DNA of 20,866 bases from Octopus sinensis (lineage: Eukaryota), in contig NW_021823882.1 of assembly GCF_006345805.1 (NCBI RefSeq), positions 1 to 20,866 of the forward strand, read 5' to 3'. The position numbers were made by a program, and so were the translations under genes. Shown here in pieces: positions 9,560 to 19,257 of this stretch; position 1 is the first letter of the stretch, and each line of letters opens with the position of its first letter. A model generated the notes under the pieces. It had not been told where the DNA came from. It did no database searches and worked only from the letters and a program-made list of their open reading frames with translations.

Positions 9560-9739
9560 GTTCTATATTTAAGAGATGAGGAATTATGTACATTATTTAC
9601 ATTTGACGGATATTTGTCCTCATCTAGTTTGTTGTTAACACATTTCGGCTGATATACCCTCCAGCCTTTTTCAGGTGTCTTGGGGAAATTTCGAACCTGG
9701 GTTCTCATTCCTAAGATATTTTTCGATGTTATTATTATT

Positions 9740-9821
<82 letters not shown>

Positions 9822-9935
9822 TATATTATTATTATTATTTTTATTATTGTTGTTGTTGTTGTTGTTGTTGTTGTTATTGTTGTTGTCATTGTTCATCTCA
9901 CTGCTTGGAATTGAAATCGGAATCTTGGGGTTAAG
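9560..9935 (-). mobile_element. Short non-autonomous element: tRNA-like head remnant, internal microsatellite and Penelope-like tail with a degenerate hammerhead-like fold
   Basis: Minus strand: ccaagattccgatttcaattccaagcagtga (T-arm-like, 9930-9898); trinucleotide tract 9728-9890; gacac CTGAAAA aggctg gagggtatat cagcc GAAAT gtgtt (9679-9636). Confidence 0.6.
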
Positions 9936-9937
9936 TG

Positions 9938-9993
9938 CAACAAAAAACAAGATGAAGACAAATATCCGTCGAATGTAAATAATGTAAATAATG
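9938..9993 (+). repeat. Inverted copy of the tail of the 9560-9935 element
   Basis: caacaaaaaacaagatgaagacaaatatccgtcgaatgtaaataatgta matches the reverse complement of 9589-9634 with 3 substitutions and a 3-nt indel. Confidence 0.85.
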
Positions 9994-10090
9994 AGCCAAC
10001 AAATTCTGAAACTAGCACGGGGCCTCTAGTATGTGTATAGTGACAACTTCAACATTTATGTACCACATGTAATATTACCTCTGACGCGAA

Positions 10091-10294
10091 TGTAGTGAGT
10101 TGTTAGTATCGATAGCACGCCGGGCAAAATGCTTAGTTATTTACGTTATGAGTTCAAATTCCGCCGAGGTCGACTTAGCCTTTCGTCTCTCAGGTTCGGA
10201 GTCGATGAAATATATACCAGTTGAACACTCGTGTCGATGTAATCAACTTACTCCAATCCCTAAAATTGCTGGCCATGTGCGAAAATTTGCAAAC
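10091..10294 (+). mobile_element. SINE-A, diverged monomer
   Basis: tagcacgccgggcaaaatgcttag ... gagttcaaattccgccgaggtcgac ... tgctggccatgtgcgaaaatttg. Confidence 0.85.
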
Positions 10295-10742
10295 TGTATC
10301 ATATCTGATATCAGAATTCCTTTAGATCATTGGTCCATGTTTTACGAGAAACTTTGTACTCGGAACTGGGGACATTGCGACATCGCTTTATGTAAATACT
10401 ACAGAGCTTTGAAGCTATTTACCCAACTGAATGAGGATTATGATCCATTGTTTAAGAATTATGATCCCTTTTCTTTCCAAGAAAACAGAACATTTGAGAT
10501 ATGACACTTATGGATGAGAATAATGTCAAAATAATCACTCTGTTGGATTAATATGTATACACGATGATGAATTGAATCAATGATCTTTAGGTTAGGCGTC
10601 TTTAAGTTGGGAGGGAGGTAATCACAAGACTACATCATCAATATCTATAGCAATATCGAAGAAGAACGGCTTCATAAGGTTCGTAAAAGACCAGCGGGTG
10701 TTGGAAGCTAAATGTTATCAATGTTTAGTGGGACAAGTAGGA

Positions 10743-10925
10743 AATTCTTTTCTACTCTAGGCACAAGGTCCGATATTTTGGGAGAGGGGTCCAATCGATT
10801 AGGGTACTAAATTCAATCGATTAAGTAACCTTTACGCAACTGGTACTTAATTTATCGACCCCGAAAGGATGAAACCGCGTAGCATTTCGCCCGACGTACT
10901 AATGCTTCTGCCAGCCCGCTGCCTT
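10743..10925 (-). mobile_element. SINE-A with internal deletion (B-box region missing)
   Basis: ttttctactctaggcacaagg ... atcgaccccgaaaggatgaaa joined directly to ccgcgtagcatttcgcccg ... ttctgccagcccgctgcc. Confidence 0.85.
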
Positions 10926-10936
10926 TGGGAGTTCTA

Positions 10937-11147
10937 TAATCTTTTCTACTCAAGGCCTGAAAGTTTTGGGGAGGGGGCCAGTCGATTAGATCGACCCTTT
11001 TACGCTACTGGTACTTAATTTATCGATCCGGAAAAGATGAAAGGCAAAGTCGACATCGTAGGAATTTGAACTCAGAAGGTAAAGACAGACGAAATACCGC
11101 TAAGAATTTCGCCTGGCGTGCTAACGTTTCTGCCAGCTCGCCGCCTT
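10937..11147 (-). mobile_element. SINE-A, near full length
   Basis: taatcttttctactcaaggcctgaaa ... ggaatttgaactcagaa ... gtttctgccagctcgccgcc. Confidence 0.9.
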
Positions 11148-11326
11148 GGGACAGGTACGAAATTACAATTGAAATGATGATTGCTAGCGTTTGCTTCTAT
11201 TTTGTTTCAGTAAGGAATCCAGGATGTACAAAAAGAAAACTCAGTTTTGTTATTGATTCTATAAATGTGGACACTATCAACATATTCGATGAACAAACAA
11301 TGACATTGACTCCCGCCTTGATAAAA

Positions 11327-11620
11327 GACGGAGGTGCAATGGCCCAGTGGTTAGGGCAGCGGACTCGTGGTCGGAGGATCACGGTTTCGATACCCAGACC
11401 GGACATTGTGTGTGTTTATTGAGCAAAAACACCTAAAGCTCCACGGGGCTCCGGCAGTGGGTGTTGTACTCTTTCGTCCCAACTTTCTCTCGTTCTTTCT
11501 TCCTGTTGTTTTTTAGTAACGCTGCGATGGACTGGCGTCCGTCCAACTGGTGAGAACACATACGCCATAGAAACCGGGAAACCGGGCCCATGGGCCTGGC
11601 TAGGCTTGAAAACGGCGGAT
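11327..11620 (+). mobile_element. SINE-C, tRNA-derived, with V-domain-like segment
   Basis: Head ggaggtgcaatggcccagtggttagggcagcggactcg (A box) and ggtttcgataccc (B-box-like); ctgcgatggactggcgtccgtcca at 11522-11545; 3' part gaaaccgggaaaccgg shared with SINE-B. Confidence 0.85.
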
Positions 11621-11931
11621 AGATAAATAATTGATAAAAGACATTGTGTACATCATATACTATGCAGTTCCTAAACAGCTGTTATTCCGGTACAGTGACC
11701 ACTACTATTTTGATCTTGGAAAAGAAACGTGTTGTAATTAAAATATGACTAATGCAACTTACAATGGAATAAGTATGCGAAGAACACACTTGTATAAACG
11801 TATAAGTAGAAAATAGATAACAGGGAAAAACGCGAGACTCAAGCAATGGCGATGGTTAATGTGCGGAATAAAGGATGACGTATGAGTAGTAAAAAAATAC
11901 AGAAAACATTAATAAGAGAGAGAAATATATC

Positions 11932-12101
11932 TTATGCCTTATAAAACATATACACGTTTCGGTAAATTAACTGCCAGGATTACGTAATTGCTTGTTGAAA
12001 CATTATATAATCTTATTAATTCATCTCATAATGTTTCAACAAGCAATTATGCAATATTGGCAGTTAATTTATCGAAACGCCTGTATGTTCCACAAGCATA
12101 A
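11932..12101. other. Stand-alone long hairpin (fold-back) element
   Basis: Arms 11955-12006 and 12028-12079 (52 nt each): 47 Watson-Crick pairs, 3 G-T, 2 mismatches, 21-nt loop; innermost 22 bp perfect; weaker pairing extends to ttatgc 11932-11937 / gcataa 12096-12101. Confidence 0.9.
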
Positions 12102-12137
12102 AACAAACAGAAATGGTTCCTGTAATTTTATTAATAC

Positions 12138-12182
12138 CATATATATATATATATATAATATATATATATATATGCATATATA

Positions 12183-12222
<40 letters not shown>

Positions 12223-12329
12223 TATATATATGTATATATATATGTATATAATATATATATATATTGTATGTATGTATATATATATATATGTATCTCTTTC
12301 TCTCCCTATCTGTCCTGTCTGTCTGTCTT

Positions 12330-12384
<55 letters not shown>

Positions 12385-12389
12385 GTCTG

Positions 12390-12444
<55 letters not shown>

Positions 12445-12515
12445 GTCTGTCTATCTATCTATCTATCTATCTATCTGTCTATCTATCTATCTATCTGTCT
12501 ATCTATCTATATCAA
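12138..12515. repeat. (TA)n followed by long (TATC)n microsatellite
   Basis: Directly visible; source of the YLSI-repeat ORFs. Confidence 0.95.
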
Positions 12516-12974
12516 TGCACATATGTGTATGTATGTTGTTTGGGTGTGTGTAGCCAATTTTGTTTCTAATCATAATCACGCATTGTTTTCAAAATCAAAA
12601 ATAAATAAAGAAAACTGCTTCGAAATAAAGAGGAAAAATGGCGCTTTATTATATTTATAAAGAAAGCAGCATAACAACGATACACGAATGGTCGTTTGTG
12701 TCAAACAGTAATTTGCCATACAACGATAGAGAAGTTAGTGGCTGTGTAGAGATTCGCAAAAACACACACGCACACACACACACACATACGCACATATAGA
12801 ATCACGCGCTACACCAGGATACATATTCTTACAAATACAGAAGTAGTCACAGAGACTAATCTATGCATCATAGAAAAGAAAAGAAAAGACATACTTCGAC
12901 TAGAACAACCATTGACACTTACTGAAGTTATACGAACGGCATATAAGATCTGATATAGTCATGCATATTCATGA

Positions 12975-13024
12975 TAAATATATATGTGTGTGTTTGTCTG
13001 TGTGTATGCATATTTATATGTATA

Positions 13025-13090
<66 letters not shown>

Positions 13091-13446
13091 TATATATATG
13101 TATATATATATATATATATAGATATATATATATATATATATATTACATACTGTCTATATATGTGCGTATTTGTATCCGTATGTGCATGTTTGCATGTGTT
13201 CAGAACTGTGTATACTAAGAGATAAAGAGATATAGGGTGAGATACAACGAGTTATAAGTGGAGGTATTGTGCGAATGATATACAGATAACCAATTGCATT
13301 ATAGCGATAGAGAATATGCTAAGTTTAAAAGATAAAGCAGAAAGACAAATGCTTATAAGATAGAGAGATTAACAACGAGTAAAAGATATACAGATAAACA
13401 CGTGTGTATTGTGTGACACAGAAAAACAGATAAATAAATAAATTAG

Positions 13447-13493
<47 letters not shown>

Positions 13494-13542
13494 ATATATA
13501 TATATATATATATATGTATTTATATATATATATATATGTATT

Positions 13543-13574
<32 letters not shown>

Positions 13575-13950
13575 TATATAATATATATATAAAACATGGA
13601 TGCTGATAAACAGAGATATAGCGGGTAACATACTTAGAGAGTGAGAGAGAGGAGGAGAGGGAGAGAGAGAGGGAAGTAAAGAGGGATAGAGTGACATACA
13701 GATGTATTGAGAGAGATAGTAGACAAAGAAGCAGACAAACGGACATACAGACAGACGTATATAGAGATATGTAGGGAGGTAAGGTTAGGTGGCAAGATAT
13801 AAACTGATCCACTGAGGTGAACGAAGTAACACACGTACGTGTATATTATATATATATATATACATACATATATATATATATATATCATATATATAACATA
13901 CATATATATATACTCATATATATACATATATACATATATATATATTCACA

Positions 13951-14018
<68 letters not shown>

Positions 14019-14424
14019 ATTCTAGATATATTTATACATAGATACATATATATATATGTATCTCTCTGTCTGTGCGTATATAATATACACATACATACGC
14101 AAACTCAACATATGTATACACGTATACATATATGCAATATAAATATAAGTATCTATCTCGCTCTCTCTCTCTCTATATATATATGTATATATATAGATAG
14201 ATATATATATACATATATTTATATATATATATATATATAGTTATATTATATTTGCTTGCATATACATGCACACACACATACACATATTCTTGCATATGTA
14301 TAGAAGCACCCTCATATATATATATATATATCCAGTTCGATATGTTGTTCCACACTGCACGTTCTCACACGCGCTCACAAACACACGAACACATAAACAC
14401 ACAGACACAAACACCAATTTTCCT

Positions 14425-14468
<44 letters not shown>

Positions 14469-14490
14469 CTTCCTACATACATACATACTA
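12975..14490. repeat. Cluster of (TA)n, (GA)n and (CA)n microsatellites with low-complexity spacers
   Basis: Main tracts at about 13010-13150, 13445-13590, 13840-14240 and 14425-14490. Confidence 0.9.
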
Positions 14491-14551
14491 CGATACACCC
14501 CCAGTTCAATTTGCGTCGTTGGACATCGTTCAATTCAATATAATTCCACAT

Positions 14552-14785
14552 TTAGACTTCACTTAGACCATGTGTCAAATGTCGAGTAGCGATGCTGAGG
14601 CGAATTCCTGAGCTGCATGGCATATTAAGGTTCAACGTTCTCTCGCTCTGCTCTCTAAGTAGTATACCGATTCGAAAGTTGCTTCCAAACAACTGGATTA
14701 TATGTAAATCTGCACATAGATTAACGTTAGAAAATAATATATAAAATGCTAATAATAAAAGTATTAAGCTTCTAAAGGAAGCCAT
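14552..14785 (-). CDS. Candidate small ORF (77 aa) with signal-peptide-like N-terminus; unverified
   Basis: MASFRSLILLLLAFYILFSNVNLCADLHIIQLFGSNFRIGILLREQSERTLNLNMPCSSGIRLSIATRHLTHGLSEV*; start context aatATGG; lies in a non-repetitive island. No recognisable homology, and hydrophobic runs arise easily in AT-rich DNA. Confidence 0.2.
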   Translation of the reverse strand: MASFRSLILLLLAFYILFSNVNLCADLHIIQLFGSNFRIGILLREQSERTLNLNMPCSSGIRLSIATRHLTHGLSEV

Positions 14786-14864
14786 ATTATGGTGTAGTAT
14801 TGTTGTTTTGCTTTCGTTTTGTTTTGTATTTGGTTTTTCTTTAGTTTGCTGACTCGAGCTTCTG

Positions 14865-15051
14865 TATATGTATATATGTGTGTATGTATGTATGTAATTA
14901 TGTATGTATGTATGTATGTATATATGTATGTATGTAATTTTGTATGTATATATGTATGTATGTATGAATGTATGCTTGTATGTGTGTCTGTGTGTGTAAC
15001 TATCTCCTCTATTTCTCATTAACTGTGTATATCTGTGGTAGAGAATATATG

Positions 15052-15130
<79 letters not shown>

Positions 15131-15270
15131 ATATATCTGTCTTTCTGTCTCTGTCTCTCTCTCTCTCTCCCTCAAAATCTTTATATTTATGTACTTATAT
15201 TTGGTTTTCTTTATGAATATATCTTTAATATATATACATGTCAGTGTGTGTATGTGTGTGTGTGTGTATG

Positions 15271-15302
<32 letters not shown>

Positions 15303-15345
15303 TAGACATACACACATACAGAGACATATATTCGTATGTACATAT
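14865..15345. repeat. (TGTA)n, (TATC)n, (TC)n and (TA)n microsatellite cluster
   Basis: Directly visible. Confidence 0.9.
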
Positions 15346-16188
15346 ACATCTAATATAAATGTAAAAATGTAAAAGTATATATGCTTGCGTGCCTCGACCT
15401 GCTAGAAATAACACCAACAGCAAAAAAAAAAGAAGAAGAAATGTAAAACACTCAAACGGTTTCAGACCGCATTCTGATTGTTACTAGGGTAGCAGCCATT
15501 AGCTGCATGTTGATATCTTTGTTTATGTAAACGTGCGCATTTATACGCATGTGTGTGCAAACTTACAAACATACAAACACATACACATTCATGTACAATC
15601 GTGTCACCTCATACATGTTTACATATCACCACACATAGACACGCGCACGCGATTGTAAGTATTTGAATGCTAACTATACACGATACAGTTGTTTGAAAAC
15701 AAGAAAAAGCAATGCGAAAAGCAACAACAGTTTTATTTTTTTAAATAGAAAATAAAATAGACTAAATGGGCTGACGATAGGAAGACATTTCTAATACATA
15801 CAAGCGTCGACTGGCTAGAAAGTAGGAATGACACGTGCGACATACGCCATATCAGTCGGGTTCACGTATGCCACCAAGATTGATCAAGGTCAGACAAAGG
15901 CTCAACAACGCCAGATGGTCTGATATATACCAGAGATATACAGAAACAGACGTACACCTAAAATTATAAACGCATATTCTCACATAATTACTTATGTATA
16001 CGTACTTAAGATATACATATATGCAATTACACACATACACATACGCGCGCGCACACGCACACGTATGTATGTATGTAAATATTAGATGTACGTACAAACA
16101 TATATATGTATATCCTTTTGCATATGTATATATATCGTTATAAATGTATATCTAGCTTCCTCTATATATATTATATATATATGTACAT

Positions 16189-16221
<33 letters not shown>

Positions 16222-16250
16222 TCTATATATATATATATATATAATAATAT

Positions 16251-16286
<36 letters not shown>

Positions 16287-16287
16287 A

Positions 16288-16453
16288 GTGGAGGCGCAAT
16301 GGCCCAGTGGTTAGGGCAGCGGACTCGCGGTCGTAGAATCGCGGTTTCGATTCCCAGACCGGGCGTTGTGAGTGTTTATTGAGCGAAAACACCTAAAAGC
16401 TCCACGATGCTCCGCAGGGGGTGGTGATCCCTGCTGTACTCTTTCACCACAAC
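16288..16453 (+). mobile_element. SINE-C, 3'-truncated
   Basis: gtggaggcgcaatggcccagtggttagggcagcggactcgcggtcgtagaatcgcggtttcgattcccagaccggg; closely matches 11330-11450. Confidence 0.9.
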
Positions 16454-16493
16454 GGCGGTGCATCAGCATAGCCGCAGCTCTGAGCTGTAACTA
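16454..16493 (+). mobile_element. SINE-D 3'-end fragment
   Basis: ggcggtgcatcagcatagccgcag resembles the reverse complement of 4695-4718 (ggtagtgctccaggatggccgcag). Confidence 0.5.
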
Positions 16494-16581
16494 GTGAAAA
16501 AAATATATATTATATATACACCCACAGCACATGTACTAATATGTACGTATGTAGGGTTTAAACATATACATACATACATAC

Positions 16582-16634
<53 letters not shown>

Positions 16635-16885
16635 CACATCAATAATGTATTCACACACACGTACGTAAGTATACATTCATATACACACAGAAGGGAATAA
16701 AGTAAAGAAAGAAAGAAAGCTAGTTAACTTCATAGAAAGAGAAAGACAGATAAATGGAGAGACACACAAATAGATATAGGGAGCGAACCAAGGAACCCCT
16801 AAGTGCTGCTTGACCTACTTACAATAGGAACCGAAATTTAATCGCCTTCTACCATAACTCACACAAATGCACACATGCATATATA

Positions 16886-17007
16886 ACGAACTTCTTTCAG
16901 TTTCCGGCTAACACCTCCACTCAAAAGGGTTTGATCGGCCCGAGGACATTCTAGAAGACAGTTGTCCGAGATGCAACGCAGTGGGACTAAACCTGGAACC
17001 ACGTGGT
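16886..17007 (-). mobile_element. SINE-D fragment (5' part)
   Basis: ggcccgaggacattctagaagacagttgtccgagatgcaacgcagtgggactaaacctggaacc matches 4885-4947. Confidence 0.8.
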
Positions 17008-17009
17008 AT

Positions 17010-17320
17010 ATATATTGTCTCTTCTTTACAGAAAATGGCCAGCACTTCTGGCAGTAAATGCCGTCAGGATATCTATGTGACTCATAAGCCCAACTTGCGA
17101 CAAAGAGACCTTACGGCAGATTTTATGAACATTTTGAGACAGAAAAGTGTCTGGGATTGACGTAAGTCCTGAATACGAAGTGCTACTTTCAAGATAGGAA
17201 GCTTGATTCTCTGCGTTTCGAACTCTTTGCAACCAGAATAGGTCACTTCTATCCAAAACAGTCCATTTCTGTTATTTCCCACTCTCAAAATCCATACTGA
17301 AACGTTAAGGATACCTTTCA
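17010..17320 (-). pseudogene. Decayed RTE-clade LINE ORF2 C-terminus
   Basis: Joining the two minus ORFs across one frameshift: W..TYSGCKEFETQRIKLPILKVALRIQDL / TSIPDTFLSQNVHKICRKVSLSQVGLMSHI, matching the RTE C-terminal pattern W..I..G...FE..R......KR..RK followed by a degenerate C2H2-like finger (C..C.R.C.S..GL.SH). Confidence 0.65.
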
Positions 17321-17331
17321 TATTATATATA

Positions 17332-17371
<40 letters not shown>

Positions 17372-17612
17372 CAAATTAGAGATAAAACCACTATTAGGCA
17401 CATCAAACAGTGAAAAACATAAACCAACACATAAAAATAAATATAATTAATATAATATACAAAATATATAAAATATAAAATTTTAAATTAACATTATTTA
17501 AATTTTTAATTTTTAATTTATATTATAAATTTTATATTTTTTAAATTTATAAATTTTTAAGTTTTTAATTTTTCAATTTATTATTATTATTTATATATAT
17601 ATATATATATAT
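17321..17612. repeat. Extremely AT-rich low-complexity tract
   Basis: (TA)n edges; about 17437-17612 has almost no G or C and switches from A-rich to T-rich. Confidence 0.85.
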
Positions 17613-17727
17613 TTATATATCGAAAGATACAGATGTGGAAATAATTTTATTCTCAAACACAGGGTGCTGCTAATAATATACCACAAACAGGATGATATAT
17701 CCATATTTTGCAGAAAAATCTGTCGGT

Positions 17728-17799
17728 GGTCAGTCATGAGACTCGAACTCATATCCTTGTAATTACGCGCCAGGTGCTTTACCGTTAAGCTAAACTGCC
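17728..17799 (-). pseudogene. tRNA-like sequence (Thr-CGT-like loop) with broken anticodon stem; SINE head or tRNA pseudogene
   Basis: GGCAGTT TA GCTT AACGGTA AAGC A CCTGG CGCGTAA TTACA AGGAT ATGAG TTCGAGT CTCAT GACTGAC C: D stem and T stem perfect, acceptor stem with one mismatch, anticodon stem largely unpaired. Confidence 0.7.
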
Positions 17800-17835
17800 C
17801 CAGCGACAAATTCTTCTGCAAATGTAGGATATATA

Positions 17836-17915
17836 CACGTAATCACAGAGTTGTGAGTTCGCGTCTCATGGCTGGCTGCCGACAGATTTTTCTGCATCAT
17901 ATGGATAGTTTATCA
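17836..17915 (+). repeat. Headless opposite-strand copy of the same tRNA-like element
   Basis: cacgtaatcacagagttgtgagttcgcgtctcatggctggctgccgacagatttttctgc; 17854-17907 is 47/54 identical to the reverse complement of 17698-17751. Confidence 0.85.
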
Positions 17916-18179
17916 TGTTTCATGTTGTATTATTAGCATTATCCTTCGTTTGAGAATAAAATAATTTCTTTATCTAATTTTCACTACATCTCAACGCTTC
18001 TAAAGCAAACTTTGTGACTGTCAACGTAAGTTGAATTTAACACACACACACACACACACACAACACACACAACACACACACAGACAACACACACATATAT
18101 ATAATTATATATATAATAAGATAGATATATAATATATATATATATATATATATTATATATGTGTGTGTGTTAATTCTAT

Positions 18180-18560
18180 TTGCAGGGTATATGCTACAGA
18201 TTTAAATTATGTCACGTTTTCCTTCCATAGATAAATTTATTGAAAACGTAATACTCGAATTGTTTTTATATTAAATTCAATTATGGTTTCAATTCCATAA
18301 AGTAATGTTTTGAAATCGTAACATCCCAATGTTTTTATTATGTTAAAGATTTTGCTATGTTAACACATTTCGGCTTGATTTCATAGAGTTGTTAAAAGTC
18401 TAATGCGCGAATGTCTTACGTTATATTGCAGGTTTCGATTATGTCTACAATTTCGTTCCATACTAAACGTTGTTGAATGTGAAACACTCGAACTCATTTG
18501 GTTATGTTAAGTATTTTGATTATGGTTGCGTCTTTTTCAAGTGTAACGCCCATCTTCCTT
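18180..18560. repeat. Degenerate minisatellite, about 75-85 bp period, about 4-5 units
   Basis: Recurring order ttccata / ttgaa / actcgaa / ttat(g/a)ttaa / attatggtt; I saw no sustained open frame on the minus strand. Confidence 0.6.
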
Positions 18561-18602
18561 ACTCAAAGCGTAACATTCCAACATGCGAATAATATTATAG
18601 AT

Positions 18603-19104
18603 TACTGGCTTAAAAACCGCACTTCGTGCGGACTTTTGAATTAGCTTCTACGGAGGGCTTAAAACTAAACCAAGCTAAATAGCATGACTATGATACGTCT
18701 ATATTGACTAAATGCCCCGGTGATGTTTGATCAGAAGTTAAGGGTGGATGAGTATTAATTCTGTAATGTAATCATTCTATTGTTCTTGTCCCAAGCTGTA
18801 TTCCAACTTTGGCCAATTTGTCCCAAAGTTCTTATCTCAACCTAAAATTAACGAAGCAAATGTCGCTTATCTCTGGTATCATCTGACAAATGCAACCAAG
18901 ATGGCATGAATCAGCCATGCTTTACCTGCTGTGAAAAAACCCAATCCAAATGCTTTTAAATCAGATCCCAAATGAAGGGCAAATTTCCAATCCCGGGATC
19001 ACCCTGATTCAAAAAATGTATAAGATGTCTATGTAGAACAAATGTAGGTTGAGATACAGGAGTCCCAGACGGACAGACAAAATTTCACTTTTATTGTTAT
19101 AGAT
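18603..19104 (+). mobile_element. Non-autonomous Helitron-like (HINE/Lep1-type) element
   Basis: 5' tactggc then perfect hairpin ccgcac-ttc-gtgcgg (18617-18631); 3' cagacggacagac microsatellite then tttcacttttattgttatagat. This layout is typical of HINE/Lep1-like elements; the class is assigned by structure only. Confidence 0.55.
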
Positions 19105-19257
19105 TAAATAATCCTTTCCGCTGGTCATCCGCTGGTTTTCGCTCTTTCGTTTTTAATAACAATGGTCTGTATTGGTTGATTCTTTTACCCTATTTTGTTT
19201 GATTCATTCAAACCAAAGACAAATTTGGTTATAAATTAATTACTTTCACCATTTTGT

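Noticed and set aside
10100-10504. 134-aa ORF
   Set aside because: The first half is SINE-A sequence with a TTG start; the rest has no recognisable motif or splice support.
14552-14785. Protocadherin or neuropeptide identity for the sORF
   Set aside because: After the signal-like segment there are no cadherin motifs, dibasic cleavage sites or amidation signals in this frame.
11330-16365. SINE-C heads (11330 and 16290) as genuine tRNA genes
   Set aside because: They have A and B boxes but no proper acceptor stem or terminator, and they run straight into SINE body sequence.
18359-18375. 17-bp exact match gttaacacatttcggct to 9634-9650
   Set aside because: The flanks do not align and no hammerhead context is present; treated as chance or a tiny remnant.
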